Part shown: positions 50,349-61,781 of the stretch, one piece after another
How the letters are laid out: each line of letters opens with the position of its first letter
How positions within the stretch are numbered: the first letter of the stretch is position 1
DNA from: Acidobacteriota bacterium
GTDB taxonomy: Bacteria; Acidobacteriota; UBA6911
DNA length: 64,000 bases
Assembly (NCBI GenBank): GCA_031271905.1
Contig: JAISUT010000025.1
Location: 30,522-94,521 of the forward strand
Direction: 5' to 3'
The notes under the pieces: generated by a model
Databases searched by the model: none
What the model saw: only the letters and a program-made list of their open reading frames with translations
What the model was told of the DNA's origin: nothing
Made by a program: the position numbers and the translations under genes

Positions 50349-50986
50349 CTATATGCGGAATCCCTCGTCCCACTTGGCGAAATCCTGCAACTCAGGCGTC
50401 ATTTCCACCACCTCCTTTATCGACATCCTCTTGCTCGTCGCAGTATAGAACATGTACGCCCAGCAATAAAGGGAACCTCTAAAAACCCCGGATACTGCGT
50501 TGCGCCTTGATCGAAAATGCTCATTTACCATAGTAAACTCCGCTTTTCGATCTGCGGCGACGCCTTGTCTGCGAGCTTTTTAGAGGTTCCCTAAAGCCTG
50601 TCGGAGAAGTCCGCAGCCGCCTCCGGCACGCGCGGCATCTGCACGTTGTAGACGGCGAACCGCCCCAGCGTCACGCGGTGCGGCGGCTTGCCGTACATCA
50701 GCTTCACCGGCTGCAGCAGCTCCCGGTTGTCCTCGCGGACCGCGAAGTCCAGCAGGTTCACGGCTATCACCCGCGGCATCCGCTCCGCCATCTGCGCCGC
50801 CGTCGTCCCCGGCCTCGCCGTCGCCGCAAAGACCCGCGACGCCGCGAACAGGTTCCGGTGGAGCATCTTCCCGTCGCGGCTGGTCTGCACCTCGACGATC
50901 ACCCGCTCGTTCGAGCGCGTCGTGATCTCGATGTCGATGCGGCAGCCCCGTTCCCCGGCATGCTTGTAGTAGCGCTGCGGCGTCAC
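50349..50986 (-). pseudogene. Rpn/PD-(D/E)XK nuclease-family gene remnant interrupted by the MITE
   Basis: RIDIE...VIVEVQ...RNLF...VIAVNLLDF...VQMPR; continues as LYCW...FYTA after the MITE; N- and C-termini look truncated. Confidence 0.75.
50471..50591. mobile_element. MITE copy 3 (121 bp)
   Basis: Perfect 15-bp TIR GGGAACCTCTAAAAA with TAAA on both sides. Confidence 0.92.
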
Positions 50987-51065
50987 CGAGTGGACCTCGC
51001 CCTCATTATTACCCCCATAAAAGGGGTAATCACCCCTTCTTCCGCCAAAGCGCCGCCGCGCCGCG

Positions 51066-52112
51066 TCACTTCCCCTTCACCGCGTCGGTCATCGCCCGGA
51101 TGGCGTCGAGGCGCGTCGAGGTGGAAAGGCCGCAGGCGGGGGAGATGATGTCCACCCCCGCGTCCACCAGCCTGCGCGTCATCCGCCGTATCTTCTCCTC
51201 GCCGTCCCATTCGAGGGCGAACGTGCTGAGGTTGCCCATCGTGGTGATGGCGGGGAACTCCTTCTTGATGTTCGGCAGCGAGACCATCGCGTCGGTGCTC
51301 AGCGCATCGCTCTCCAAGCGGGGCAGGAGCGGGTTGACCACCTTCAGGTCTCCGCAGATGTGCAGGATGAACGGGATGCCGAGGGCGTGGACGCGCCCGG
51401 CGAACAGGTTGTTGTAGCGCAGGGCGTAGGCTTCGAACATCTTCGGCCCGAGGATTTCGCCGGTGGCGGAGGGATCGGCGACGGCGATGGCCGCCACCCC
51501 CGCGTCCGCGAGGCGCGCGGCGAAAAGCGACAGCAGGCCGGTCACATAGTCCAGCACGCGCTCGGCGGCTTCCGGATTGCGGCGCAGCTCCTTGTAAAAG
51601 GTGAGCGGATCGACGATGGACGCCGCCGCGCTCACCGGCCCGGTCAGGCTGGCGACGACCGGCACGTCGGGGTTGTCGCGTGCGAGGCGCCGCGCCGCCT
51701 CGACCACCACGTCGATGCGCCCCGAATGCGCCATCGCCTCGATGTCGCGGAACTGGACCGCCTCCGCCGAGGGGAAGTTCTCCTTGGCGATCTTCGGCTC
51801 GCATTCGAGCGAGCCGAGGTCGATGTCCGCGCCGAGCAGCTCGGCCTCGACCGTCATGCAAAACGGGACGCCCAGGTTCTCGAAGCCCGTGTGGACATGC
51901 ACGTCCTGGGCGAGATCCGCCATCCGCGCCGCGTCAGAGTGCGCGGCGGGGAGCGTGTGCCCGGTCTTGCGCATCACCTCCACGACGGCGGCGTTCATCA
52001 TGCCGCCCATGCAGATGACGGGCGGGCGGTCCACCGGCTCCTTGCGTAGCGTCCTGAGCAGCCTCTCTTTCGGAGTCAACTTCCGAGTCGCCGCCTGGTT
52101 CGACGCAACCAT
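51066..52112 (-). CDS. Uroporphyrinogen decarboxylase-family / MtaA-CmuA-like methyltransferase
   Basis: ERLL..L..EPVDRPPV, PFCMTVEAE, LTGP, ADPSA, LHICG, GNL, SPACG. Confidence 0.85.
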   Translation of the reverse strand: MVASNQAATRKLTPKERLLRTLRKEPVDRPPVICMGGMMNAAVVEVMRKTGHTLPAAHSDAARMADLAQDVHVHTGFENLGVPFCMTVEAELLGADIDLGSLECEPKIAKENFPSAEAVQFRDIEAMAHSGRIDVVVEAARRLARDNPDVPVVASLTGPVSAAASIVDPLTFYKELRRNPEAAERVLDYVTGLLSLFAARLADAGVAAIAVADPSATGEILGPKMFEAYALRYNNLFAGRVHALGIPFILHICGDLKVVNPLLPRLESDALSTDAMVSLPNIKKEFPAITTMGNLSTFALEWDGEEKIRRMTRRLVDAGVDIISPACGLSTSTRLDAIRAMTDAVKGK

Positions 52113-52175
52113 GCCACACCTCCATGCATTCACACCCTACGGGCATCCACGTCGGCGCGGCAAGACCGTCGCCGC

Positions 52176-52874
52176 CTACTTGCGGGAAGATGCCTCCGGC
52201 ACCCCCCCCTCCACATCCCTCCCTTGGACTGCCGCGTCCAGATGGATGGTGAACGGGCCGAAGGGGCGTTGCGTCCCCTCCTCCTCCACTTTGGGGATGT
52301 AGAGCGTGCTGCTGGCGAAAGGGTTCTTCTTGTTCTTCTTGCTGCTCTTCTTGGTGCTCGGTTGCGTGAAGAAGAACAGGAAGCCGTCCACCGTCGCGCC
52401 GGGGTCGATGGACGCCGTGACCAGCTCCTTGCTGGTGAAGTCCGTGAGCGGGGAGCCTTTCTTGGACAAGGTCTCCGGCTCGTCAGACTTCTTGGGGTCT
52501 TTCTTGGTCAGCCCCGCCCGGACGACGTTGTCGACCACGATGGTGGCGGGGGTCGAGTAAAGCTGCTCCCCGTTCGGGGTGAACAGCAACACGTTGCGGG
52601 TGTGGATCGTCAGGTAATAAGCGGTGTCGTTCTTGATGATGACGTGGACGGGGAGGTAGCCGCGGGAGTTCAGGCGCTTCACGTCGAACGCGGTCTCAGA
52701 CTCCTCGTCGGTCATGTAAGGGTTGGCGGCGATGGTGACGCCCCCCGCCGACGCCTGCGCCGGATACGACTCGATCGGTTTCACCTCGACCACCTTTATA
52801 TGGTAGTCGGCGGCACGCGCAACCCCGAGGGGACATGACAAGAACAAACCTAGGATGCAAATCGCAGTCTTCAT
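52176..52874 (-). CDS. Hypothetical exported protein
   Basis: Signal peptide MKTAICILGLFL...ARA; GC3-biased codons. Confidence 0.75.
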   Translation of the reverse strand: MKTAICILGLFLSCPLGVARAADYHIKVVEVKPIESYPAQASAGGVTIAANPYMTDEESETAFDVKRLNSRGYLPVHVIIKNDTAYYLTIHTRNVLLFTPNGEQLYSTPATIVVDNVVRAGLTKKDPKKSDEPETLSKKGSPLTDFTSKELVTASIDPGATVDGFLFFFTQPSTKKSSKKNKKNPFASSTLYIPKVEEEGTQRPFGPFTIHLDAAVQGRDVEGGVPEASSRK

Positions 52875-52929
52875 AATGCGATGATGATAGCACAGCACGC
52901 ACATGGCACCAACGCTGTTGGCGATTTTA

Positions 52930-53042
52930 GGGAACCTCTAAAAACCCCGGACGCTGCGTTGCGCCTTGATCGAAAATGCTCATTTTTACCTTAGTGATCC
53001 CCCCGCTTTTCGATCTGGTCTGCGAGCTTTTTAGAGGTTCCC
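52930..53042. mobile_element. MITE copy 4 (113 bp)
   Basis: Same TIRs, flanked by TTTA on both sides; small internal deletion. Confidence 0.9.
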
Positions 53043-53062
53043 TTTAGATTTTCTTCCAAAAC

Positions 53063-53092
53063 GTTGACAACCGTTCACTCAGGTTCTATATA
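53063..53092 (+). promoter_or_regulatory. dnaK promoter overlapped by a HAIR-like operator
   Basis: TTGACA-17 nt-TATATA; GTTGACA-N7-ACTCAGG resembles HAIR (CTTGAGT-N7-ACTCAAG); hspR lies in the operon. Confidence 0.65.
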
Positions 53093-53245
53093 GACATCGT
53101 GCTCATGAATGAGCGAGGTGGTTCTGGCGGCACGATCATCTTGGATTGACTGGACTAATGTGAAAAAAGCGCTATTATGTTTTCGCTATCTATGAAATTC
53201 AGGAAATTCAGGAAATCCGGGGAAATCTAAGGAGGAAGACAAGAC

Positions 53246-55165
<1,920 letters not shown>

Positions 55166-55216
55166 GGAGCCTGGGCGGGGCGGCGGATCGCGTCCGCCCG
55201 CCCCGCCGTTTGAACT

Positions 55217-56356
55217 ATGGCCGCTAAGGAAGATTATTATTCGATTCTAGGCGTGGCGCGCGGCGCGGACGAGGCTGAGATCAAAAAGGCCTATCGGCGC
55301 ATGGCGCGCAAGAACCACCCGGACGTGAACCCGGGGGACAAGGCCGCAGAAGATCGTTTTAAGAAGATCCAAGAAGCCTACGACGTCCTGGGCGACGCCA
55401 AGAAACGCGCCGTCTACGACCAATACGGGTTCTATTCGGACAACATCCGGGAGCAGGCGGGGGGCGGCTTCGCGCAGGGTTTCGACTTCTCCGACATCAA
55501 CATGGATTTCGGCGGGGCTGCGGGGCAAAGCAGCTTCCGCGACACCCTTTTCGAGATGCTCGGGGGAGGCGCGGGGCGCGCGGGACGCGCCCGCCCGCAG
55601 GGGCCGGCCAAGGGCGGGGATCTCGAGCATCAGTTGAACATCTCGTTCATGGAGAGCATCCGGGGGCTCTCCGCGCACATCAACCTCAGCCGGCAGGGGG
55701 CGTGCGCCGCTTGCGACGGCTCGGGGCTGGAGCGCGGCGCGAAGAAGCGCACCTGCCCGCAATGCCACGGCTCGGGCAAGGACAACCGCTCGCACGGCTT
55801 CATGCGCATCCCCTGCCGCGCCTGTGACGGCGCCGGCGAGATCGGCGAACGATGCAAAAGTTGCGGCGGGTCGGGGCACGTGCCCGTCCAAGAGTCGATA
55901 ACGGTGCGCATCCCGGCGGGGGTGGCGAACGGCTTCCGCATGCGGGTCGCGGGCAAGGGCAACGCCGGACGCTTCGGCGGCCCTCCGGGCGACCTCTATT
56001 TGCAGATCGCCGTGCGCCCGCACGATTTTTTTGTAAGAGAAGGGAATGATATTTCCTGCGTCGTGCCGATAACGTTCACGGAGGCGGCGCTGGGGGCGAA
56101 GATCGAAGTCCCTTCCATCGACGGCAAGGCGCTGCTGAAAATCCCCCCGGGGACCCAGAGCGGGCAGAAGTTCCGCCTGCGCGGGAAGGGCGCGCCCGCG
56201 CCGCGAGGCGGGGCGCCGGGGAACCAGATCGTGGAGGTGCGCGTCATGACCCCCAAGGTGGCGGACGAGCGATCGAAGGAGATCCTCCGGGAGCTGGCGC
56301 GGCTGAACCCGGACGACCCGAGGGCAGGCATCCACGGCGGCGACCAAGGGCTGTAG
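55217..56356 (+). CDS. dnaJ: Chaperone DnaJ
   Basis: J domain with HPD, G/F region, four CxxCxGxG repeats. Confidence 0.95.
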   Translation: MAAKEDYYSILGVARGADEAEIKKAYRRMARKNHPDVNPGDKAAEDRFKKIQEAYDVLGDAKKRAVYDQYGFYSDNIREQAGGGFAQGFDFSDINMDFGGAAGQSSFRDTLFEMLGGGAGRAGRARPQGPAKGGDLEHQLNISFMESIRGLSAHINLSRQGACAACDGSGLERGAKKRTCPQCHGSGKDNRSHGFMRIPCRACDGAGEIGERCKSCGGSGHVPVQESITVRIPAGVANGFRMRVAGKGNAGRFGGPPGDLYLQIAVRPHDFFVREGNDISCVVPITFTEAALGAKIEVPSIDGKALLKIPPGTQSGQKFRLRGKGAPAPRGGAPGNQIVEVRVMTPKVADERSKEILRELARLNPDDPRAGIHGGDQGL

Positions 56357-56408
56357 GATGGGCGCATTCGGTTGCGACAAGGACTGGTGACGCGATGAGG
56401 GGGATGCG

Positions 56409-56783
56409 ATGAATCCGCGGAAGAAAGCAGGGTACATGATCAGCTCGGTCGCCGAGCTGTACCAGATACACCCGCAGACGTTGCGGCTGTATGAGCGCCA
56501 AGGGCTCCTGAAGCCGTCCCGGAGCGACGGCAACACCCGCCTCTACACGGATGGCGACCTGCAAAAGCTGGAAGTCATATTGAACCTGACCCGGGAGCTG
56601 GGCGTCAACCTCGCCGGAGTAGAAGTGATCTTGAACATGCGTGAGAAGATGGAACAACTGCAAAGGCAGGTGGAGGAGATGGTGGACTTCGTCCGGGAGC
56701 AGGCGTCGTTCGGTCCGGAGGATTCACTCAGCAACGCATTGGTGCGCTCGCCCGCCGGCAAAATCGTGAGGGCCCGACGGTGA
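56409..56783 (+). CDS. hspR: HspR-like MerR-family heat-shock repressor
   Basis: YMISSVAE...IHPQTLRLYER.GL..PSRS.G.TRLY, GVNLAGV; follows dnaJ. Confidence 0.85.
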   Translation: MNPRKKAGYMISSVAELYQIHPQTLRLYERQGLLKPSRSDGNTRLYTDGDLQKLEVILNLTRELGVNLAGVEVILNMREKMEQLQRQVEEMVDFVREQASFGPEDSLSNALVRSPAGKIVRARR

Positions 56784-56806
56784 GACCCCGGACGGCGGAA
56801 TCGGAT

Positions 56807-57535
56807 ATGAAACTGTCAAAGCCTGTGCTCCTGCTCGTGTCGGCGTGTCTCCTTTGGCTGGGCGCCGCCGCCCACGCGGTCGCCAAGGACGACTATCCCT
56901 ATCAACAGTCGTATGCGATCCTGATCAATAACGAGGACGCCGGCACCGAGACGGTGGTCGAGAAGAAAGACGGCGAGGGAAGGGTCGTCTCCACCTCGGA
57001 GCACGTCATCCTGGTGACCGACGGGATGGCGTTGAACCGCCTGCAATTCTCCACCCGGACGGTTTTCCCGAAAGGCGCCCTGATCCCCGAGACCTATTCC
57101 AACCAGTACACGGGCGGGGCTGCGGGCGACTCCTACGACGTCCTCATCAGCAAGGGGCAGATCACGCGCACCCTGACCCGCAACGGGCAGACCGTCGTGG
57201 CAAAGGCGACGCTCACCCCCAACATGGTGCTCGTCGATTTCAACGTCTACCACCAATACGAACACCTGGTGCGCCGCTTCAACCCGAAAAAAAGCGGGGC
57301 GCAGGAGTTCGCGAACTACATCCCGGTGATCGGCAACGACGTCCCGCTGCGGGTGACGCTCCTCGGCGAGGGGGCGCGCCAGTTCGGCGACAAACGCATC
57401 GATGTGCGCAATTTCCGGGTCGAGTTCGTCGGCATCCAGACCGTGACGCTGTCGGTGGACAAAAACGACCGCTTGGTGCAACTGGACAGCCCCTCCCAAC
57501 AACTGCGGGTCATCCGCAAAGACCTGTTGCCGTAA
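56807..57535 (+). CDS. Hypothetical exported beta-rich protein
   Basis: Signal peptide MKLSKPVLLLV...AVA; GC3 bias. Confidence 0.75.
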   Translation: MKLSKPVLLLVSACLLWLGAAAHAVAKDDYPYQQSYAILINNEDAGTETVVEKKDGEGRVVSTSEHVILVTDGMALNRLQFSTRTVFPKGALIPETYSNQYTGGAAGDSYDVLISKGQITRTLTRNGQTVVAKATLTPNMVLVDFNVYHQYEHLVRRFNPKKSGAQEFANYIPVIGNDVPLRVTLLGEGARQFGDKRIDVRNFRVEFVGIQTVTLSVDKNDRLVQLDSPSQQLRVIRKDLLP

Positions 57536-57593
57536 TACAACCGTCAAATCCGGCGCGACCCCGCCGCAGGGGCGAGGTCGCCGGTTCGGCGCG

Positions 57594-58124
57594 TCACTGC
57601 CCGCCTTCGTAGACGGCGAGTTGCGCGGTCTGCGCGTAAGTCCGCGTCTGCATCTCCTGGTCGAGCGAGAGCAACCCCTTGGGGTCGCCGCCGAAGTTGT
57701 CGTAGCGGCCGATGTTCGTGGAGGCGTTGTCCTCCTCCTCCACCTGCTCCTTGATGAACCAGTCCAGGAACTGCACCGTCTTGAAGTCGTTCACTTGGAG
57801 CGCGGCGGCGTTGATCTTGTAGATGAGCCCGGTCACCATCCGCTCGTGCTGGAGGCTCTTGTCGAGTATCTCCCGGATGTCCTTGAAATCGACCGGCGGC
57901 CGGTCCACCTGTCCGAGCTTGACCTGCCCCCCGGCGTTGAGGATGTAGTTGTAGAAGATGAGGGCGTGGTCCATCTCCTCCTTGTACTGCACGTAGAACC
58001 AGTTGGCGTACCCGTCGTAGTTCTTGTCCCTCAGCCATGCCGACATGGACAGGTAGAGGTTGGCGGAATACATCTCGGCGACGACCTGCTCGTTCAACAA
58101 CTGCTCGACTTTTTCATCAAACAT
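57594..58124 (-). CDS. ftnA: Non-heme ferritin
   Basis: LNEQ..EMYSANLYLSM, EEMDHA, HE..VT, FLDWFIKEQVEEE. Confidence 0.92.
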   Translation of the reverse strand: MFDEKVEQLLNEQVVAEMYSANLYLSMSAWLRDKNYDGYANWFYVQYKEEMDHALIFYNYILNAGGQVKLGQVDRPPVDFKDIREILDKSLQHERMVTGLIYKINAAALQVNDFKTVQFLDWFIKEQVEEEDNASTNIGRYDNFGGDPKGLLSLDQEMQTRTYAQTAQLAVYEGGQ

Positions 58125-58331
58125 GGCGAATCCCTCCCTGGCATTCCCTGAAGACGCGGTGGGGAAAGACGGGGCGGCCCCGCGAAAAATCCTCCCGCGC
58201 CCCTGTCGTCGGCGACGGCGAACCTTCCCGCAACACCCGGTGAGAACGTCGCCGGCGAAGCCGACCGCTCGGCTGAGCCGAGAAATAAACTGCGGGTAAC
58301 TTCGCCTAGGCGAAGTTACTGGGCAGAGGTA

Positions 58332-58360
58332 ATTATATACCGCGCGCGACACGTTGATAA
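58332..58360 (-). promoter_or_regulatory. Candidate ferritin promoter
   Basis: TTATCA-17 nt-TATAAT on the minus strand. Confidence 0.5.
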
Positions 58361-58413
58361 TCTTGTTGATCAGTTGTTAATCAGAGCCGTCGCCGCTTCC
58401 GAAAAGTATATAG

Positions 58414-61400
58414 ATGAGTATGCGCCCGATGTCCGTCATTTCACTCGCCCTGCTTCTCTTGGCCGTCGCGTTTTCGCAGGCCTTCGCCGCCGCGTCTGCG
58501 GGAGGCGATGCGACGCCGTCGCCCGTCGAACTGCGCCGCAGGCTCGTTGAGACTGCGGGGGCGCCGCCTGCAGCCCCTTACGCGCTGGAAGGGCGGTTCA
58601 CCCTGGTGGCGAACGGGGAGGAGCTTTCCTGGCGGGCGCGCGTCGTCCACATCCCGCAACCGGGCGGCGGCAGGGGCGCGGGGTCTGCGGATCGGCGCGT
58701 CACCGACCTCGCGCACGAGAACGGCTCGCGCGACGTCCGCTACTTCCTCTCCGGGGACGGCGGGTGGATCGCCACGAAGGAAACCACCATGGACGTGGAG
58801 GCGGCGTCCATCCCCTATCCGGCGCGCCTGGACTTCCACACGCTCTACGCCGCGCTGCTGGACATGCTGGCAGACGCGCCGAGAGGCGTGCCGAGGGAGG
58901 CGCGTCGGGGGAAGAATGCGAAGGTCGCGCCCGCCGTGAAAATCGAGCCGGTGGACAACGAGATCCACGTCTCCGGCAGGCTCCCGAACGGCTGGGATGC
59001 GGTGTTCGCCCTCAACGCCGTCGAATGCTACCCGCGCAAAGTCCGCATCTCGACCGGAGGCGAGCCGGTCGGGGTGCTGACGGTGCCGGTCACGCGGCCG
59101 GGCAAAGGCGGCCAGTTGCGCCACCCCGCCGGACTCGTGACGGAATTCGAGGTCTGGATGTCCGAGCCTGCGCCGGGAAGCGGCTACCGCTACGCCCGCA
59201 GGCTGGATTTCGTGGAACAGGGCGTCGTCGTCGGCGCCCTCCTCGCCGAGGAGGCCCCGTTCGCCGCAGGGGCGCAGACGCCCGGACGCCTCTTCGACAG
59301 GCCGCCCGACCTCCCTTGGGTCGAATCGCTCCATTTCGAGTCCGACGGACGGGACGGCGAGTCGGTGTTCGCCGGAGACGCAGGCCTTGCCGCGCTGCGC
59401 GCCCGCATCGAGGCGGGCGAGGAGCCTTGGGCGGGCTGGAGCCGCCGGGGGGGCTTGATCGCCTCCGGCGCGGTCGTCCTCTCCTGGATAGGCATGCTGT
59501 TCCCCTATCCGCCGCCGCCGCGCACGCTGGGGACGGTCATCGCCATAGGATATTTGTTGTTTTTCCTCATAGCCGTGCGCGTGCGGCAGATGCGCGACCA
59601 GCGCTTCCCGAAGAAGACGGCGCTGGCGGCGCTCGCCGTCGCCGCCGCCGTCTTCGTCTCGGGTTGCGCCTCCTGGATGGTGAGCCGCCCGGTGGAGCGC
59701 AGCCGGATGGCGCTGCACGCCGCGTTGCGCTACGCGCTCACCGGACGGGCGTCGTATGCCGACGGCGCGGTGAAGTTCCTCCCGGACGCCGCCCGCAAAT
59801 CGTCCGCGAAGGCGGTCGCGGACATGGTGGAGCTGGGCGAGTCGTGCCAAGGCTACGCGCTCGCCTACGACCTTGTGAAGGGAAGCCTGCCGCCCTCCGA
59901 GCGCGCACGCGCCGAGGCGGCGCTGTTCGACTACGCCCGTCCGCTCATGGGCGCCGCCAGCGGGTGGGGCGCCAACGGCGTCGGGGCGGGCGAGATCGCC
60001 GCCGGCCTCGGCATGGCGGGGCTGGCGCTGCGCTTCGAGCCGTTCGTCGCGGCGGCGCAGGTCGTCATCGACCGGGCGTTGGACGAACAGCTCTCCGGCG
60101 GCCTGCACAAGGCGGGGCCGGGGCGGGGCGCCGGGGAGATGAACGCCGCCGTCAACCTGTTCGCCGCGCTCCGGCAGGCGGGGCGCGCCGACTACTACGC
60201 CGACGAACGGGTGCGGAGATACGTCTCGACCACTTTGCAGCTCCTTTCCCCGGCGGGGACCCTGCCTCTTTTCACCGACACGGAGCTGGAGCACTCCCTC
60301 GACCTCAGCATGTTCTTTTTAAAAGTCGCCGACAAACTACCGGAAGCGGACGGGCGGCGTTGCGTCGCGGCGCACGACCGTTACTGGGGCCATGGGCGTT
60401 TCGCGGACAGGGGCTGGCGCGGCAAGGCGTTCCGCTTGGTGCAACCGCTGCTGGCGTACTACGACAACCCGCAGGTGATGTTGCAGTACACGCGCCCGGT
60501 CCCGTCGGGCGGGACGGGGGGCTGGCGCGGAATGCCCTCGCGCAGCGTCGTCGCAGCCTCCGGCCAGTTCGCCGCGCTCCGTACGGGGGACGGCGCCGAC
60601 GCCATGTGCCTGGCGCTGGACATGCTGCGGCCGGGGGCTTGCGCCGAGCCGGGCGACGCGCTCTCGTTCGACCTGTTCGCCGAACAGAGCCTGATGTTGC
60701 ACGGCCTCGGCGCGCCGTTGAAAGACGGGAAGGGCGTGCGCGCCGCCGCAGGCAACACCTTGACGTTCGACGGCGCGAACCAGGCGGCGAACCGTTCGCG
60801 CGGCGTCACCTCGGCGCTCTTGAACCAGCCGCTCTTCGACCAGTTGCGCGCGACGGCCGACAAGGCGTACGACTACGGGCAGGTGCGGCGCGACATCGTC
60901 ATGGTGCGTCCCGAACAGGGGTTCCCCGCGTATTTCATCGTCTTGGACGACGTCGCCAGCGACGCCCCGCAGACGACGGTGCAGTGGAGGATCCACGGCC
61001 GCGGCGAGACCACCTCGGGCATCGACAGCCGGACGCGCTGGAGCTCGACCCCGCTGGTGCCGCCGCGCTGGAGGGAGAAGCCGTCCGTCCTCGAAGTGGT
61101 GCACCCCCTCGGCGCCCAGAGGACGCAGTCCATCTCCGCCGGGACTCTCCGGTCGCGGTTCCCCTTCCTGAACCAGACGGCGCAGACCGCGCTGGTCGAA
61201 TGGGTGGGGAGCGGACGGCTCTGCACCGTCATGATCCCCAGGCGGGAGGCGGATGCGCCCCCTGCGGTCGATGCCAGGGGGGAGTACGCCTGCCTCATCG
61301 GCGGGACGGACTGGTTCAGCTTCGGCGACACGGAGCGGAGGGTCACTTCGGGCGCCTTCGCGCATGTCAGCGAATACAGCTTGGTGCGCGACCGCAAGGG

Positions 61401-61668
61401 CAGGTTCCCCGCGATGCTCATGGCGTTCGGCGTCGAGTGCCGTTTCGGCACCCATTCCATCGAGAGCGACAAGCCGGTCACCGTGTCGCTCGACGGCTTG
61501 CGCGGGGGGGTGCGCAACAGCCGTCCGGCGACGCATGTGGTGATCCGCTCCCCGGACGTCCGCGCGGGCGCCCGCTTCCTGCTCGACGGCGAACCGGTAG
61601 TCGCGGCAGAGTCCGGGGTCTTGCGCATCACCCTGGAAGAGCCGGGGGAGCACGCCTTGGCGGAATGA
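58414..61668 (+). CDS. Large membrane protein with heparinase II/III-like C-terminal region
   Basis: Signal peptide, internal hydrophobic helices, ALAYDL helical region, LPLFTD, D.LSF.L, NTLTFDG.NQ, RRDIVMV...YFIVLDD. Confidence 0.6.
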   Translation: MSMRPMSVISLALLLLAVAFSQAFAAASAGGDATPSPVELRRRLVETAGAPPAAPYALEGRFTLVANGEELSWRARVVHIPQPGGGRGAGSADRRVTDLAHENGSRDVRYFLSGDGGWIATKETTMDVEAASIPYPARLDFHTLYAALLDMLADAPRGVPREARRGKNAKVAPAVKIEPVDNEIHVSGRLPNGWDAVFALNAVECYPRKVRISTGGEPVGVLTVPVTRPGKGGQLRHPAGLVTEFEVWMSEPAPGSGYRYARRLDFVEQGVVVGALLAEEAPFAAGAQTPGRLFDRPPDLPWVESLHFESDGRDGESVFAGDAGLAALRARIEAGEEPWAGWSRRGGLIASGAVVLSWIGMLFPYPPPPRTLGTVIAIGYLLFFLIAVRVRQMRDQRFPKKTALAALAVAAAVFVSGCASWMVSRPVERSRMALHAALRYALTGRASYADGAVKFLPDAARKSSAKAVADMVELGESCQGYALAYDLVKGSLPPSERARAEAALFDYARPLMGAASGWGANGVGAGEIAAGLGMAGLALRFEPFVAAAQVVIDRALDEQLSGGLHKAGPGRGAGEMNAAVNLFAALRQAGRADYYADERVRRYVSTTLQLLSPAGTLPLFTDTELEHSLDLSMFFLKVADKLPEADGRRCVAAHDRYWGHGRFADRGWRGKAFRLVQPLLAYYDNPQVMLQYTRPVPSGGTGGWRGMPSRSVVAASGQFAALRTGDGADAMCLALDMLRPGACAEPGDALSFDLFAEQSLMLHGLGAPLKDGKGVRAAAGNTLTFDGANQAANRSRGVTSALLNQPLFDQLRATADKAYDYGQVRRDIVMVRPEQGFPAYFIVLDDVASDAPQTTVQWRIHGRGETTSGIDSRTRWSSTPLVPPRWREKPSVLEVVHPLGAQRTQSISAGTLRSRFPFLNQTAQTALVEWVGSGRLCTVMIPRREADAPPAVDARGEYACLIGGTDWFSFGDTERRVTSGAFAHVSEYSLVRDRKGRFPAMLMAFGVECRFGTHSIESDKPVTVSLDGLRGGVRNSRPATHVVIRSPDVRAGARFLLDGEPVVAAESGVLRITLEEPGEHALAE

Positions 61669-61781
61669 AACCGACGGGCGCCTGCGGCTAAAGATTGCAG
61701 GCCGGGGGGGACACAAGGTAATATGCGAACCCGTTGGAGACGGTCCGCGTGTTTTCACGCAGGCAGACGGCGAGGCGGCTT

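Noticed and set aside
11939-53042. Repeated element as a CRISPR array
   Set aside because: Copies are dispersed with TIRs and TSDs; there is no repeat-spacer periodicity and no cas genes
58350-58375. Fur box upstream of ferritin
   Set aside because: Only one TGATAAT half-site, with no matching inverted half
59190-61758. Many long antisense or alternative-frame ORFs here and across the window
   Set aside because: Shadow ORFs expected from high GC3 bias; Arg/Pro/Gly-rich with no motifs
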